DNA from: Picochlorum sp. SENEW3
Taxonomy: Eukaryota
Direction: 5' to 3'
Assembly (NCBI GenBank): GCA_034226945.1
Contig: CP120456.1
Location: forward strand, 992,001 to 1,056,000
Length of the DNA stretch: 64,000 nt
Positions 11,633 through 24,193 of the stretch are shown piece after piece. The notes below the pieces were generated by a model. That model was not told the origin of the DNA. It saw only the letters and a list, made by a program, of their open reading frames with translations, and made no database searches. Position numbers and translations under genes: made by a program. Position 1 is the stretch's first letter, and each line of letters starts with the position of its first letter.

Positions 11633-11963
11633 TATATTTTTTTTTTAATAGGGATTATTACACAGTCGAAAAATATGACGAATTTCCTCCAAATCATACA
11701 AGCCCCACAGGAGGAAATCCCTAAATAAAATGTTGAGAAATTTATCAAGGGATAAAAAACCTCCTGACCTGTACCTTGTCCATTGGACATACTTCTCTGT
11801 AGTGTTTTGTTTGAGCCAGTGTAGCATAGTGAATGAAACAGATTTCCTCGACCGTCTGTATGACGACTGCTCCAGGTTGTGAATTTTTACTCTTGGTACC
11901 ACTAAACCGTACAGGAGCAGTAGGACCGTCATACTTCCAGCAAATCTGACTTTAGTCTCTCTT
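11633..11963 (-). repeat. ~330-bp dispersed repeat, copy 1
   Basis: Direct copy of 32188-32519, about 92% identical by eye. A-rich end on the minus strand. Confidence 0.95.
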
Positions 11964-12343
11964 CAATGCATCAGTCACACCCTTGTCAGGGACAGACTAG
12001 TTACTCCCAATCTCGTCGTTTTCCCTCCTCGTTGTTGCATACTTGTTGCAGCTGGTCCTGACCCGCGAGTTGTGTTCACAGAATGGTGTTGGTCATTCTT
12101 GGGCTACTCGGCGTTTGTTCCGGCGTCTTGTAAGCAATGGTTCTGTAAAATTAAAGCATACCTGTCAAGGTTATCAGAGTGTGGCATGCTCCAACCTTGT
12201 CGGGCGTGTTTCCCGCGTGGGTTGTATCACTCGAGCGTTAACAACGCACGGGTCGCTCAGACCCACACGAGGCCACAGGGGAGGTCCAAAAGACCTTGCA
12301 GAAATTGTACCAAAGGTTTTTTTAATTATTTATTATATACATA

Positions 12344-14037
12344 CTAGTTTGACCCGTTTGGCAAATGCCAAACTCCATGGCCCAAGGCCATGGGTCTTTT
12401 GCAGGCATCGCTTCGCTCGCCTGTCAGGTCGGTCGCCCGAAGGGCTCCCTCTGTCGCTGCGCGGCTGTGTCGGTTAGATGGAACGTTAACGTTTATACAT
12501 AGACATGATGACGGTGTGCCGCCGAAGATCATAAAAGAAGGCTGGTATCGCTTCGCTCTCCAGCCCAATCGCAGGCCTGGCGGCCTTGCAATAACAAATA
12601 GGCCTCGCTCCGCTCGGCCAACTCAATGTAACCAGTGTCACACATAACCAGAGACATGCCAGGCTCCCTGGCATTTGGGCAGCTGGAAAAACCTGGCATC
12701 GCCCTCTTCCAGCCAGTTCGCAGGCCTCACGCTCTCGAACATACATCAAAATAAAGCAAACAGGATACAGGCCTCGCGTCGCTCGCCAAAACGGATAAAG
12801 ACCCCGTCCGTTCGCTGTAAAGGACTAAGACTGCAGTATATTGAATGGAGAAACAAATAAAGGAGGGACATGTTCCAGAGTGTGGCAGACAAAGCTGGTG
12901 ACGATGTCTTCCCTCTCAGTGTAAGAAGGAAGTTGTGTCCTCCGGCCTCGTCAGGATCCCTTAAACCGGGGCCTCACTGCGTTCGGCACGGGCGGGATCC
13001 TTCCTCACCCATCGGCCACCTGGATGTTGCTGTCGAGTGCCTGTGGAGGGCGTTCGCAAGCACACAGTTGCAAACTGGTAAGGAATCCTTGTTCCAAGTT
13101 CCTGGCATGACCAGGCACCATCCCAGCGCGTCCGAGGTGGGTTTGGTAATACTGCATGACCATGCAGACAGTGTCTTCGAGGAAAACAGCTGACATTGCT
13201 TTGCTCGCGAACCACTGGCATGGAAGGACACAAACATTGCTGCAGTATGAGTGAAAAAAAAATGAATGGCATCGCTGCGCCCGCCATCACTATCGCTCGC
13301 CTGAAGGCATTGCAATCAAATATGTGGAGAATATATATAGCTCGCTGTGCTCGGCCAAGAGAATTGTAGTTTCTGCCATCAGCCATGGAAAAATGGAAGG
13401 ATCAGCATGAAGTAAGGAACTGCCTAATGGTTGGTAGCAGAATGTGTATATGCAATACATACTGATAAGGCTCGCTGCGCTCGCCCACAAAAACCATTAT
13501 AATACTTCCTCAGCCATGCACCTTTGGAGGATGCTGTCAACTTCACTGCCTCCTATCCCGTCGGAGATCGATGCTTGATTAAGTAAGTTGACCCTTCGAA
13601 ATTCCACTGTCTCATCGCATTCCGGTGGAAAGACCCGTGCACACAACGGGATGTTGACATCGTATTTGAAGAGAACCGCTAGCATTTCTTTGCTCGCCAG
13701 CCAAACCGATGCCATGGAATAACACAAACATGGCCTGCTCCCATGCATAGAAAAACTAAAATGGCATCGCTGCGCTCGCCATAACTATCGCTAACCTGAA
13801 GGTATCGCGATCAAATAGATATAGAACTATAGGCCTTGCTGCGCTCGGCCAAAAGCATCATCGCCTCTGGCATTCACCCATGGGTAGAATGAAGGAGCAA
13901 AGATGGAATTCAGGAGCAGCATAAAGAAAAAAGGGCGGATCTGTTGTAGACCGATGCCTGGTGCTTGCTGGCAGAATGTATCTATATGCGATACATGCAT
14001 AATAAGGCTCGTATTCTGTCGATGTTTATATGTATGA
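12344..14037 (-). mobile_element. Probable non-autonomous Helitron-like element; 3' end supported, 5' end tentative
   Basis: Minus strand reads hairpin GTTTGGCA-TT-TGCCAAAC, 8 nt, then CTAG|T at 12344. Internal CGCT(G/T)CGCTCG array. Candidate A|TC start at 14037. Confidence 0.55.
13195..14012. repeat. Diverged direct duplication, about 13195-13475 vs 13680-14012
   Basis: Shared blocks ATGGCATCGCTGCGC.CGCCAT.ACTATCGCT..CCTGAAGG, GCTCGGCCAA, GGTAGCAGAATGT-like and TAAGGCTCG in the same order. Confidence 0.75.
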
Positions 14038-15430
14038 TATTACATCAACGCCCCCGGGGTTTACTTTAGAAAGTCGACCACTCGAAATTCAACCCTGTAA
14101 TCCCATATTGGGGGAATGATGCACCCAGGCACCCAATGTCTGATCAATCCTACCCAGGCCATCGAATACGTCCACTTTGCAACTATAATTTTGAAATCCC
14201 AGTCTACCGCGTTCTTCAAGATGATCACGACTTCAAACCCCCGGGTATATGTCTCACATGACCCCAGCCTCTGTACATTATCCAGGACTTTATAGGCAGG
14301 CTGCAACACCTAACCTGTCCTAAAGATTCATTCCAATTACGCCACTTGAGCGATGGCGCACTCTCTCGGGGACATAGTACCAATTCGGTGGATCTATTCG
14401 TTGTCCATACCACATATGTACAGGGCCGCTGCGTTGTTTCTCCATCCTGTGGTCCAAGTTGTCGAATCCGTCTCCTATTCCCGCGCAGTATTGTGTAACA
14501 TGCACCCTTGACAGGTACATGCCATTTATCACTGTTTTACGTCGTGTTGTGCACCCCAGAGATGAAGGATAAAGGGAGGCAAAATCGCTCGAGATGGATT
14601 TTACCAGCTGCTTCTCAGAGGCCTTTGCTATACAGAACGATCCTCTGAATCAGGTATCCTGCTGACAGTATCGTAGTCGTGGGTTCACCTCGTCATGAGA
14701 ATGACTTCAAAAGATGGAAGATGCGTCACATGGCTCCAACCGAACTCCCTAATCCACACTGTGCGTCTTTTTTCACCGGCAAGTTGCACTGGTCCAACAT
14801 CTTGCTGCAGGCAGGAGTCGCCAAGGGGACGTGAGCGATGGCACGTCAGTTCCCTCATCGCAATCATACCGATCACATGATCACATACGGAGACATTGGC
14901 AGTGTCCCGTTTGCAGGGCACGGCCCGGTGTCCCTTTTGGGAAGAAATGTGCGGAATTTGTTGTCGTCACTTCACCGGAGAGGCGTCTTGTCCCAGGGCA
15001 ACAGCGGTCAAAATGCCCATTTTGCGACGAAACATCCTTTCACATTGGAGTTTGCCGTCGTAAGGACTGCAGGAAGTCAAGCATGGAGACAGAAGGGACC
15101 GTGGAACAACGCTCGAAATCGACACTCTCGCTCGGTCAGCAGGCCCCGCCAATGGGTGCCGTTACACCGATGTTGTGGCTGGGCCGAAATTTGCCGAAAT
15201 TTTCTCGCTGGATCAGGCCCTAAAGAAGCCCGAACATGGCAGAGAATGGTGTCTGTCAAAAAATAGAAGGTTTGTTGGGCAAGAGAGCACGCGAGGGGGC
15301 TCTCAGGCGCGGACCCACGGCGTCAAAGTGGGCAAATTCGGCGAATTCGCCATGTTTGACGCAAAATTGCACCGTGTTCCCGTGCGCGTTTGCATCCTTT
15401 ATAGGCACCAAAAGTTATTATTTTATGTGT

Positions 15431-15476
15431 AGATTTCGTTTCCGAAAATCGGCCGAAGTTTTTTTTTATAGTAGTG
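15431..15476 (-). repeat. Possible orphan CACTA terminus (CACTACTATAAAAAAAAA)
   Basis: CACTA followed by an A-run resembles EnSpm TIRs. No partner found in the window. Confidence 0.3.
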
Positions 15477-15827
15477 TAGGGATATTGTGAAAATTCACGG
15501 TTGGGAGAAACTCTCGTCACAGACGGATTCTCGGACGAATGGGGCACGGTGGCAGTGAACACGAGTGTTCCCATCACCAATCGAGGATGGAGGCGGCATT
15601 TTTGGGCTCATGTGGCGTCACCCCGCGAGCGATATTCTCCGCGATATTCTCCATAACACTTAGATATGTTAAATACTATACGATTGTGCCAACGGAGCGT
15701 TGATAATTGCTGGCCGTGAAAAGTCGTCGAGCGAGACGACTGGGAACCCTTTTCCTTGGCAGCCCAAATGGCCATTAATATCGCAGATGTCCGGTCGTGT
15801 CCATTGTTGGATAGGGCCATTATTAAA

Positions 15828-18800
15828 TTACATACTCTCCACCTTTCTCAGATATCCTGACGAGAAAATAACGTATTTTTTAATCTTATCGTCTGCATTC
15901 TCGAAGTCTATGACCCTGAATCCTTGCCCGGTGACATCATCAGGCTGCAAGCACTTTAAGTTGGGTTCATTGTGTGTGACGCCAGTCCTCTGTGAAAGAT
16001 GTGGGTGCCTCTCCACATGTATCATCTCATCAACGATCAAGAAAATTTCATCCGTCTCATTTTGGTACTGTAAGGATACAGAATCAGCAGTGAGTGATTA
16101 ATTGACGGGCCATGCCATTCCAGTTACCCAACGCACCTCCAGTTTGATAATCTCCTGCAACACTCCTATCTTGTTACCATAGAAAACAACTCTATCTTCA
16201 GATTTCAGCCCATCCTTGATTGAGAAACGTGTCTGATTGATTTGGAAGGCTTTATATCTTGTAACATCACCGCGAATCCCTTCCAGAATTTTCCTCTGCC
16301 TACCAGAATACTTCATCCTTTCAGCAACCGACATTCTGTCCCCAAATGTCCACAGGCAGAAATGCCTGGACTGGCACTGCAATTTTTGATACTCTTCCCA
16401 CTTTGACTCAATGTATCTTTTGATCAAGTGCATCTCAGATGTCGAAATATTCGCCATCTGCACCCTGGAAATGGGTTCGTGGAGAAGGATGTCATCCTGG
16501 AATTTTGGGTCTAGACTGGCCTGTGCTTCTTCCTCCGAGAGTAGACCGATTAGGGTCTCCATTGAATAATCGCGCATGATTCGTTCAAATATTGTAGCTG
16601 TAGGGTGTGCAGGATTCAGGTTCATGCCCTTAAGGTCTCCCAAGTAGGACTCCAGGGGATAGCTGTGGTATCCTGAAATGGGTCCAAAGTCCTTGACCTG
16701 CCTGCTCAAATGACCGATATTGTGAACACATAAAGGGAGACAGTGGTGAGGTAAGCGATTCTCAAGTGCAACAAGTGCCCGCCATATATCCCGGCCCAAA
16801 GCATCAACCCTTGTGAGATCAACTACAGGAGCAAGCAATCTGTTCAGTAGTGAGAGAAGCTTGTCTAATGCTTTCACCAGATCTCTGTCCACTCCACCGA
16901 TGTAAAGGACATAGCTAAATAGTCCAGATAGTAGGAATTGCTTCATCGGAGCTGACTCTCCCGTATTCTTGACGCCAATATCCTTTTGGCGAGTGACTGG
17001 GCCTTCAATTTCATTGTCTGCTTGCTGTGTTTTCCTGAACAGTCTAGAAGGCTGTATGCAGAGTCTCGATGGTGTCGAGACATTTTTCAACACCTTTATG
17101 GCTGTAGTATTATTTAATGGGCAGTCAGTATCTGTATTGAAAGTCCACGGTGGACGGGACCTCGGAAGCTTGTCTTTGCCTTTCGAATCTTGGTGCACGC
17201 TTAGGTGAAGGTGTGATTCCATGTTCAGGAAGCCTTTCTTGAATAGAAGCTTCCTCGTCGCAGGATTTTCTTTCTCTCCTTCCACGAGTTTTTCCAGATG
17301 TGATCCGAAATTTTTCATCGTGTGCATGAAGCATAGCAGATGACACCTGGACGAGTCCCAGTATGGCAAACGCTCAAACACTGACTCCCCAAGGACACCA
17401 GATGCTAGTCCTGGGAACTCGTTGCGAAGCGCTGGATCCATACTTCTCCGTGCCCTTATAAAATCATGATCTTTCTCTATCCACACGGGTGCGAATTCTC
17501 CACGTAAACTGTCTCCAGGTTCTAGGTTCCCTTTACTCAAGTAACACTGGGATGAGCCTGTGTTCTCCTCCCGCTGCACTGTGCACTTAATACATGCATC
17601 CTTTGCCCCCGCTTCATCGAGCATGGATGTTTTCTTCGTTGCTCGACCATCTTGCATCGTACAGATCAAGGCAGCTCTGTACTTTTCTCCATTAAGGACG
17701 AAACCATTCATCAAGTGATGGAACTCGTCAACAATTTGTCCAAGATACCTTTGCCACCCTTCTGCGTTGGGCTCCGTTGGCCCATCAATAAGTTGCAGCA
17801 GCTGAAGATTTTTCGAATCCATTCTTATATCAGCGGGGAGATTGAAACAAACTAGGACCACCGCACCAGCGGTGTAGGATGCCTGAGACACCCTGAAGCC
17901 ATCAACAAACAAGCCAAACAGTAAAGGAGTGTAGCCATCGCTTGTAGTAAAAAAGGAGGGATATTTTCTCCTCATATCCTTCACAAATTTAGCCGACCAT
18001 ATATCTGTGCATCTTGTGCTGGATTGTCGACCATTGCGAGCGGATAATTGCACCTCAGTCCTAAATTGACCGTTCTGCAGCAACCTTCTGATGGCATCCT
18101 TGACAGAACAGTATCGTATGCAGATGTTCCTTGCTAGACGACAAGAGCCATAATCGCATGTGTCATGCGGTTCCTTCGTGGCTCTGGAACTGTCATGATG
18201 CTCCCGGCACGTAAAACGTTTCTGGTACCCTGGGTGCAGAATTCTCAACATCTTCCTCATCTTTCTGTGGTCAGGGACCACAGGCACGTTAAATAATTGA
18301 TTCCACGACTGCATTCTCTCAAGTTCTTCATTGATATGTGACATCGGAGTGGTGTTTTTTATCCACGCACCCAGCGCTTGGATGAAATACTTTCTTGGCA
18401 CTGGATGCTGCACGAGGTCAGCAAGATCCTCCTTCACTCGTACCAACGGAGAGATACTGTCAGTTTGGTCTATTCTGTCATCTTCTCTAATAATCGTAGA
18501 TGAAGGGACTTGACTTCCGTTCATGTGCTCCTCTCGAGTCGTATCCGTGGCACCACTGGGACAGGGAGAGGCTCCGTACTCATCCATATCAAAGTCATAA
18601 CCTCCATCTTCGTCAGTAGCCACCACAGGAACTTCATCCCCATCTAGCCCTCTCAGTCTCTTCCTGTTTTTTAATACCATTTGGGCATGCAAAATCTCTT
18701 CTCTTGTCAACTGTCTATACTTGTAAACCCACGTAGGGTTGGTTGGTTCAACATACTCAACCTGAGATGATGCATGATTCACCCTCTGCCTCTTCAAATG

Positions 18801-19001
18801 CGCTCGATACGTAGAGTATTGTATCAGACAAGAAGAATCACATTTCGAATGTCCACAGTTGCAGTGTGTGTACTTGGTTTCCCTGTAATACCCCCCCTTG
18901 TACTCGATTACTCCTTTCACATTCCTGAGAATCTTGCCTCTCCGACAAGGATAGATTTCATCGCTCTTCAAAGCATCTTCATTATTGTTATTGTCAGACA
19001 T
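15828..19001 (-). CDS. CACTA/EnSpm-type transposase (Transposase_21/DUF4218-like) with a 69-bp intron at 16068-16136
   Basis: Motifs LFVDGF, NLPADIR, GPTEP, QDGRA, CIKC, CFMHTMKN, HNIGHL..QVKDFGP...SYPLE. A phase-0 GTGCGT..TTACAG intron joins ORF 16098..19001 in frame to 15828..16040. Confidence 0.88.
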
Positions 19002-19005
19002 GTTA

Positions 19006-19626
19006 GGCCGTCGAGAATTAATCTTCCTGTACGCGTCGTCCGCCCGCTCGTTTCATTTTCCACTGACCCCTAGATTTAAGAATCGGCCATAACTCCCCAT
19101 CCGTGGCGAATTAGATCGAACGGATGCCACCACACGATAGAGCTCATCAAGAGGAGTCGATTGGCGGTCTCGTTGGGGCGAAACTCCATCATGAGTCATC
19201 GTGACCCTCCAAAGACCACTTGGACCGGCGATGTCAAGGCGGGCTGATTCCAAATTTTAAGAATTCGGTGAACGCGTCATTTGCTCTCCCACCATCATCG
19301 TAAGTCATCTAATACTGCTACTTTATAGTTTTGAAGCTATATAGTGCATGTACAGCCCTGGCAGCTTGCCTATTCAGCATCAGTTCCATTGGAGGTCAGG
19401 GACACAGCTGGAAACGGAGCCTAGTGGCACTTTCCGAGTGTTTCAAGTCGAGGAAGGATCTTAAGCATCATATGATCTCATTGGAGACTTATATCTGAAC
19501 TTTCAGGGTCCCAAGAGGCATTTAACGCAATTATTAGATTTTGTGGTTTTCTTAAAAATCCCCGCCCGCCCGCGCGTTTCTACAGAATTTGCTCGACGCG
19601 TACAGGAAGATTAATTCTCGACGGCC
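19006..19626. mobile_element. PIF/Harbinger (Tourist)-like MITE
   Basis: Perfect 33-bp inverted repeats GGCCGTCGAGAATTAATCTTCCTGTACGCGTCG at 19006-19038 and 19594-19626, with TTA on both sides. Confidence 0.8.
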
Positions 19627-19825
19627 TTATATATAATTATTAAAAATAAAGTATCGGACCGGTTTTGACGCAGACGTGTCTATTCCCTTGAATGAGATTC
19701 AAACGTGGTTTGAAATAGATCTGTTGTTACGGGAGATGCACGCGCATGCAGAATTGATGACACTGACATTCCTGCGTGCTTATTAACATATATCAACTCA
19801 TATATGTGTAATAATAGTCTTAAAC

Positions 19826-21625
19826 ATGGTAGTTGCTGCCTATGGCGTACGAAGAACTCGTGCGCCAACGGAATGTCCACTGAGTGTAACGGTCAATAAG
19901 TTGGTCCTTTCGTGTAAAGATTATGAGGATGAGAGGTCTCTAAAGATTGCAATAGATACATTCTTTATCTCCTCGACGTATAGTATCCAGACTATCCGGG
20001 AAGAGATATTGAGGCAATTCGCTCCACCTGCAGAACTTGACCAAGTTGCCTACCGTCTCCTCCGTCTTCTACCCACGCCGGATGATGTCACAGAAAGCAT
20101 CTGCAGAGAAAATGAAGTTGTAGATGAAGCAACTGAAAGCATGTCGAAGGGAGATAGATCGCAGGTGAGGGGTTGACTGAATGCTCATACTTTTGATTGT
20201 GCTAGCAGTTCGTAGATGAGATTGTTGTCTTCCATGAAGGATCGATTGTATCAAGAGATGATCATGTTTCTGGGGCGACACCGGCCATACAATACTGAAA
20301 CGAAAAATCTGGAGCCGAAAGATCCAACAAAAATAGTGAGAGAGTACCAAGCCCAAATTGTGGGCAATGCTGGTTTCTCTTTAGAAGATCACCAAGCATT
20401 CCACAACTTGTTGAAGCATGCAGACTCCTTCAGGCGGCGTTTGAATCCCATCTACCGGGCAGGAAGAGAGAAAACACCTGCCACGACGTATTACAAGGAA
20501 TACAGTAGGTGTTTCGAGATTTCAGACCCTGTTGGCATCAAGTTAATGCAAAGAAATGCTGACAAATCTGGGGAAATGGAAGCGGACAATCTACCCGATT
20601 CTCACATTCCTTTTGGCACAAGAATGTTCATGATAGATTGTACTGAGAACGACACAGGGGAGAAGATTTTTCATAAATTGGGAGTATGTGCCTCTGCATG
20701 TACGTTGGTCGACTACATATGTATCTGCCTTAAATTCTCAGGAATGCGAGTATATAATTTATGCAGGCTCTTTCAATGGGTCCCAAGACAGTCCATGCTC
20801 TTGTAGTGGAGATCAAGGAGCATGTGTTTTGGTTGAACAGGTGTTTGAGGACCCCTATTCTCCTGTGAATGAGATTGTTTCACCCCATGCCGACGATGAG
20901 ATTTCAATTCCATGTCGTCCACCCACCTCACCCCCAGCTGGTACCTATACAAAGTACGTGACATTATATGTTATATCTTGGGCATTGGTATCACCAAAAT
21001 TGGATGCAAGTACTATTGGTGCAGCTGGCCCACACATTTCCTTGTGAAAAAAATCACAACAATCCATGAGCAGTATGAGCAAGATGCAGAGATGCTGAGG
21101 ATACTAGATCGCGACTGTCAAGAGAATGTAAGACCTGTGTTTAAAGTGGAGGACAGGTTACAGCAACTGAGGGAGTTTGTAAAGTTCAAAAAAGAACAAG
21201 CTGGGGTGGATGAGAACTCCCCGTATCAATGCCCAAGGCCCATTATCTCTGGAGCAGGCCTAGAATCTCACTGTGGCAAATGGCTGAGTTCACTCATACA
21301 TCAAGCGATCAAAGGTAACGAAAAAGGGAGAATGAAGGCCATCCGGCTATTGAACAACGAGGTATCCATTATCATGGGGAGAGACATCAATTCGAATTGG
21401 TTTGTGAAAGAGCAGTCCAAGAGGGGTAGGAAGAAGAAATCAGAAATCTGTCCCGAACCATCAGCAGATCATATTACAGTAAAAAAGAAGAGGGGGAGGA
21501 AGCGGAAGAAATCAAGACATGACAGGAAAGCTCTTTCGGAGTTACCCGTTGATGTCTACCAGCAGGTGAAAACTACAAAGAACTCGGGCCGCGCAGTCAA
21601 TGTCCCATCGAGGCTTCGAGATTAG
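19826..21625 (+). CDS. Hypothetical protein split by probable intron(s) or frameshifts; likely CACTA accessory gene
   Basis: Consecutive + ORFs at 19826, 20216, 20688 and 20912. CAG|GTGAGG donor at 20165. Cys-rich middle and KRGRK-type basic motifs. Divergent from the transposase. Confidence 0.5.
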
Positions 21626-21830
21626 TTTAAACTGCGCATATCTTTGATGAATTGATCAATACTCAATTAGTCTACTCGAGTGATGTAAAAAGACTCCCCA
21701 GTATGGTAACTGTCGCGGCATCATATTTGAATCCACCTGTTTCAAACCTGACGCATGGAGGGGTCGTTGTTATTTATCGGTCAACGCAGGGCACTTACTG
21801 CGTTCCAAAAGTATTAAAATAAACTTTTGT

Positions 21831-23131
21831 TTGACGCAATATATCTATCAACTTATAGGGCAAATGCCATCTGACAGTGGAGGCACTGGCGTAGTGCCAA
21901 CACGCAGCACATCTCCGGGTTGCACAGAGAGAGACATCCCGATAGGAGACGAGAATATCGATCCATCACAAAGCAAGGACAATATTGATTTAGTCCAGAG
22001 AAAAATTATCGAGGATATCGTCGACAGATTCTGTCCTAGAGTTGTCCAGGACTCTGCTAAGAGGGAAGGAGAGTGGGGCATGTTTGCCACGCCAGAAGCC
22101 ACGAATGAGGCTTCAAAAGATGCATATGAAAAAATCCCTTACATCAAGATGACCATAGAGATTGTGACGCGGGCTGAACAAGAGCCATGGCAAACCGCGC
22201 GGTTTGGCCAAAGTACGATCCCATTGAAGGACAGAAAGCAGCAAAAAGGTACTCTGCATTTCAAACAAAATAGCAATACATATATGTGCGTAGTTCCCCT
22301 GGTATCAACAAGCATCTTGTCTTCAGGTATATATATTTATCGAATAGTAGAATCAGGAGAGCAGTAAAAAGAAAAGCAGACTGGAATAGCACTGTTGCTT
22401 TAAAATCCCTCCATGACTCTGCGCTGGCTTGGAGATCTACTTGGGCAGAGCCAGAGAATCAAGATGCATGGCTTGCGACAGTTGCTGCATGGGATAATGA
22501 CCCAAAAATAATTCACTCCAGAGCCGCAAGAGAGCATCTTGCAAGTATATTCAGCGACGCGAATGACCAAGCAGAGCAAGAGAAGCTGGGAGCCCCAAAT
22601 CTTGACTCTATTGAGGACTGTGTCAGGACAGTCAAGGAATGGAACACCATCCATCCAGGAGGCAATACCTGGGCAGATGTGCATAACAATTTACTGTTTT
22701 CTTTGATGATAAATTATGTCCCTCGCATTAGGAGCACCAGGACATTTCTAGACCTTGCTAATCATGAACAAGCACAAACAGCGTGGCCAGACGTTCACGA
22801 GGGGGTGAATTCTGGACCGAGGTCTCACCATAGTATGACAAAAACTCTGCGTAATAAATGGGGTGTGATCGGTGGTTGGCTTCTAGGCGCGAAGACAAAA
22901 GGCAAGCAGTTCAACTTTGATCTATCATCACAGATAAAAGCCCTGCAATTGATGAAAGAGGGCAAGATACCTTGGCCCACAAAATCAGTGAAACGTCCCA
23001 CGTGCTCTAATGCCTTACATCGATTATTAGATGACAGAATACAGGAAAAAGATCAGTCGTTGAAGCAGACTATGCCACTGCACGAGACAAATGAGCCTGG
23101 AATATCTTCTCAGGGGCACATGGCTCTTTGA
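21831..23131 (+). CDS. Hypothetical protein in two overlapping ORFs
   Basis: 178-aa and 281-aa ORFs with protein-like composition. No motif recognised. Confidence 0.45.
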
Positions 23132-24193
23132 AAAGGTCGAGAGGTTCTAGAAACTCACTATCATCATCTGAGCACCACAAATGGTTATGACGGCAGCAGA
23201 CCAGCCATTTACACGCGTGAACAGGGACCGACGATGGAAACCTTGCTTGGCTCATGATGATCATGAGGAGTCCTGGTCGATCAAAGTGCAAGACGCTACC
23301 GACTCTGCCCATATTAATAATTAAATGGTGAAGTATGTAAGAAATTTAATAATAATTGAAAAGGAATCATTCGGGCTATGACATTATGGCGCTGGAGATA
23401 GGTGAGTTCTTTCCCGTCTCGTCCAGTGGTAGTTCGTTGAAACGTTTACCCCATTCCTTGTTGTGCAGGAAACCTTCCCCGTCGAACTATTCCATCTAGG
23501 TAAGTTATATCATCATTTTACTGCAGACAATGGATAAACTGGCATGCGGATAGCCGCTGCGTGGTGACTCAATAGTTGACGGTTGGAACGGTGATACTCG
23601 TAGAGGCATAGACGACTGATAGCAACGTCTCACCGCCTTCTTGAATATTCTAGTCTTATTTACTGTAACAGGAATGCATAGCAATTGGTGTACGCGATTG
23701 GATGCGCGAGCATCCAAATCGCGCGAGCACCGAAGAAATAGTCACAAAGAGCGCTCAGCTCCAATAGGGGTATCAATGAGCGATAGTCCCGTCTTCATGT
23801 CACAACACAACCCTTAAACAAGGTACTGGTCGCGACTGGCGCAGGGATCACAACGGGCGGCTGAGCCGATAGTGGTCACAACGAGCCCTGTTGGCCCAAA
23901 GAGTGGTCACACTTTGGCACCGCGACCCTGAAAATCCGAGGATCTCAAACCGTGACCATTTCTTACCAAAAGCGCACGAAAGTGAATCTAAAATTTCATA
24001 GAGTAAAAGTATGTATTCAGCGAGATGATGCAGCCCGCGATTATTGGCGAATTTGGTGCACGGTTCGAAGAGGTTTAATAAGGAACCAATCCCCAGATGG
24101 TACTAGGGATCGTGATATCACGTCCTTTTATCATTTCTCCATGGATCTTTGGGATGAGCAGGCTACCCAGACAAGTGGGACCTTCTTTGCAAT

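Noticed and set aside
12400..14010. CRISPR-like array
   Set aside because: Repeats are short and degenerate with very irregular spacing, no cas genes are present, and the context is eukaryotic.
14061..15266. Cys-rich and other short ORFs (CPVC, CPFC)
   Set aside because: Fragmentary, with no motif I can assign to a family.
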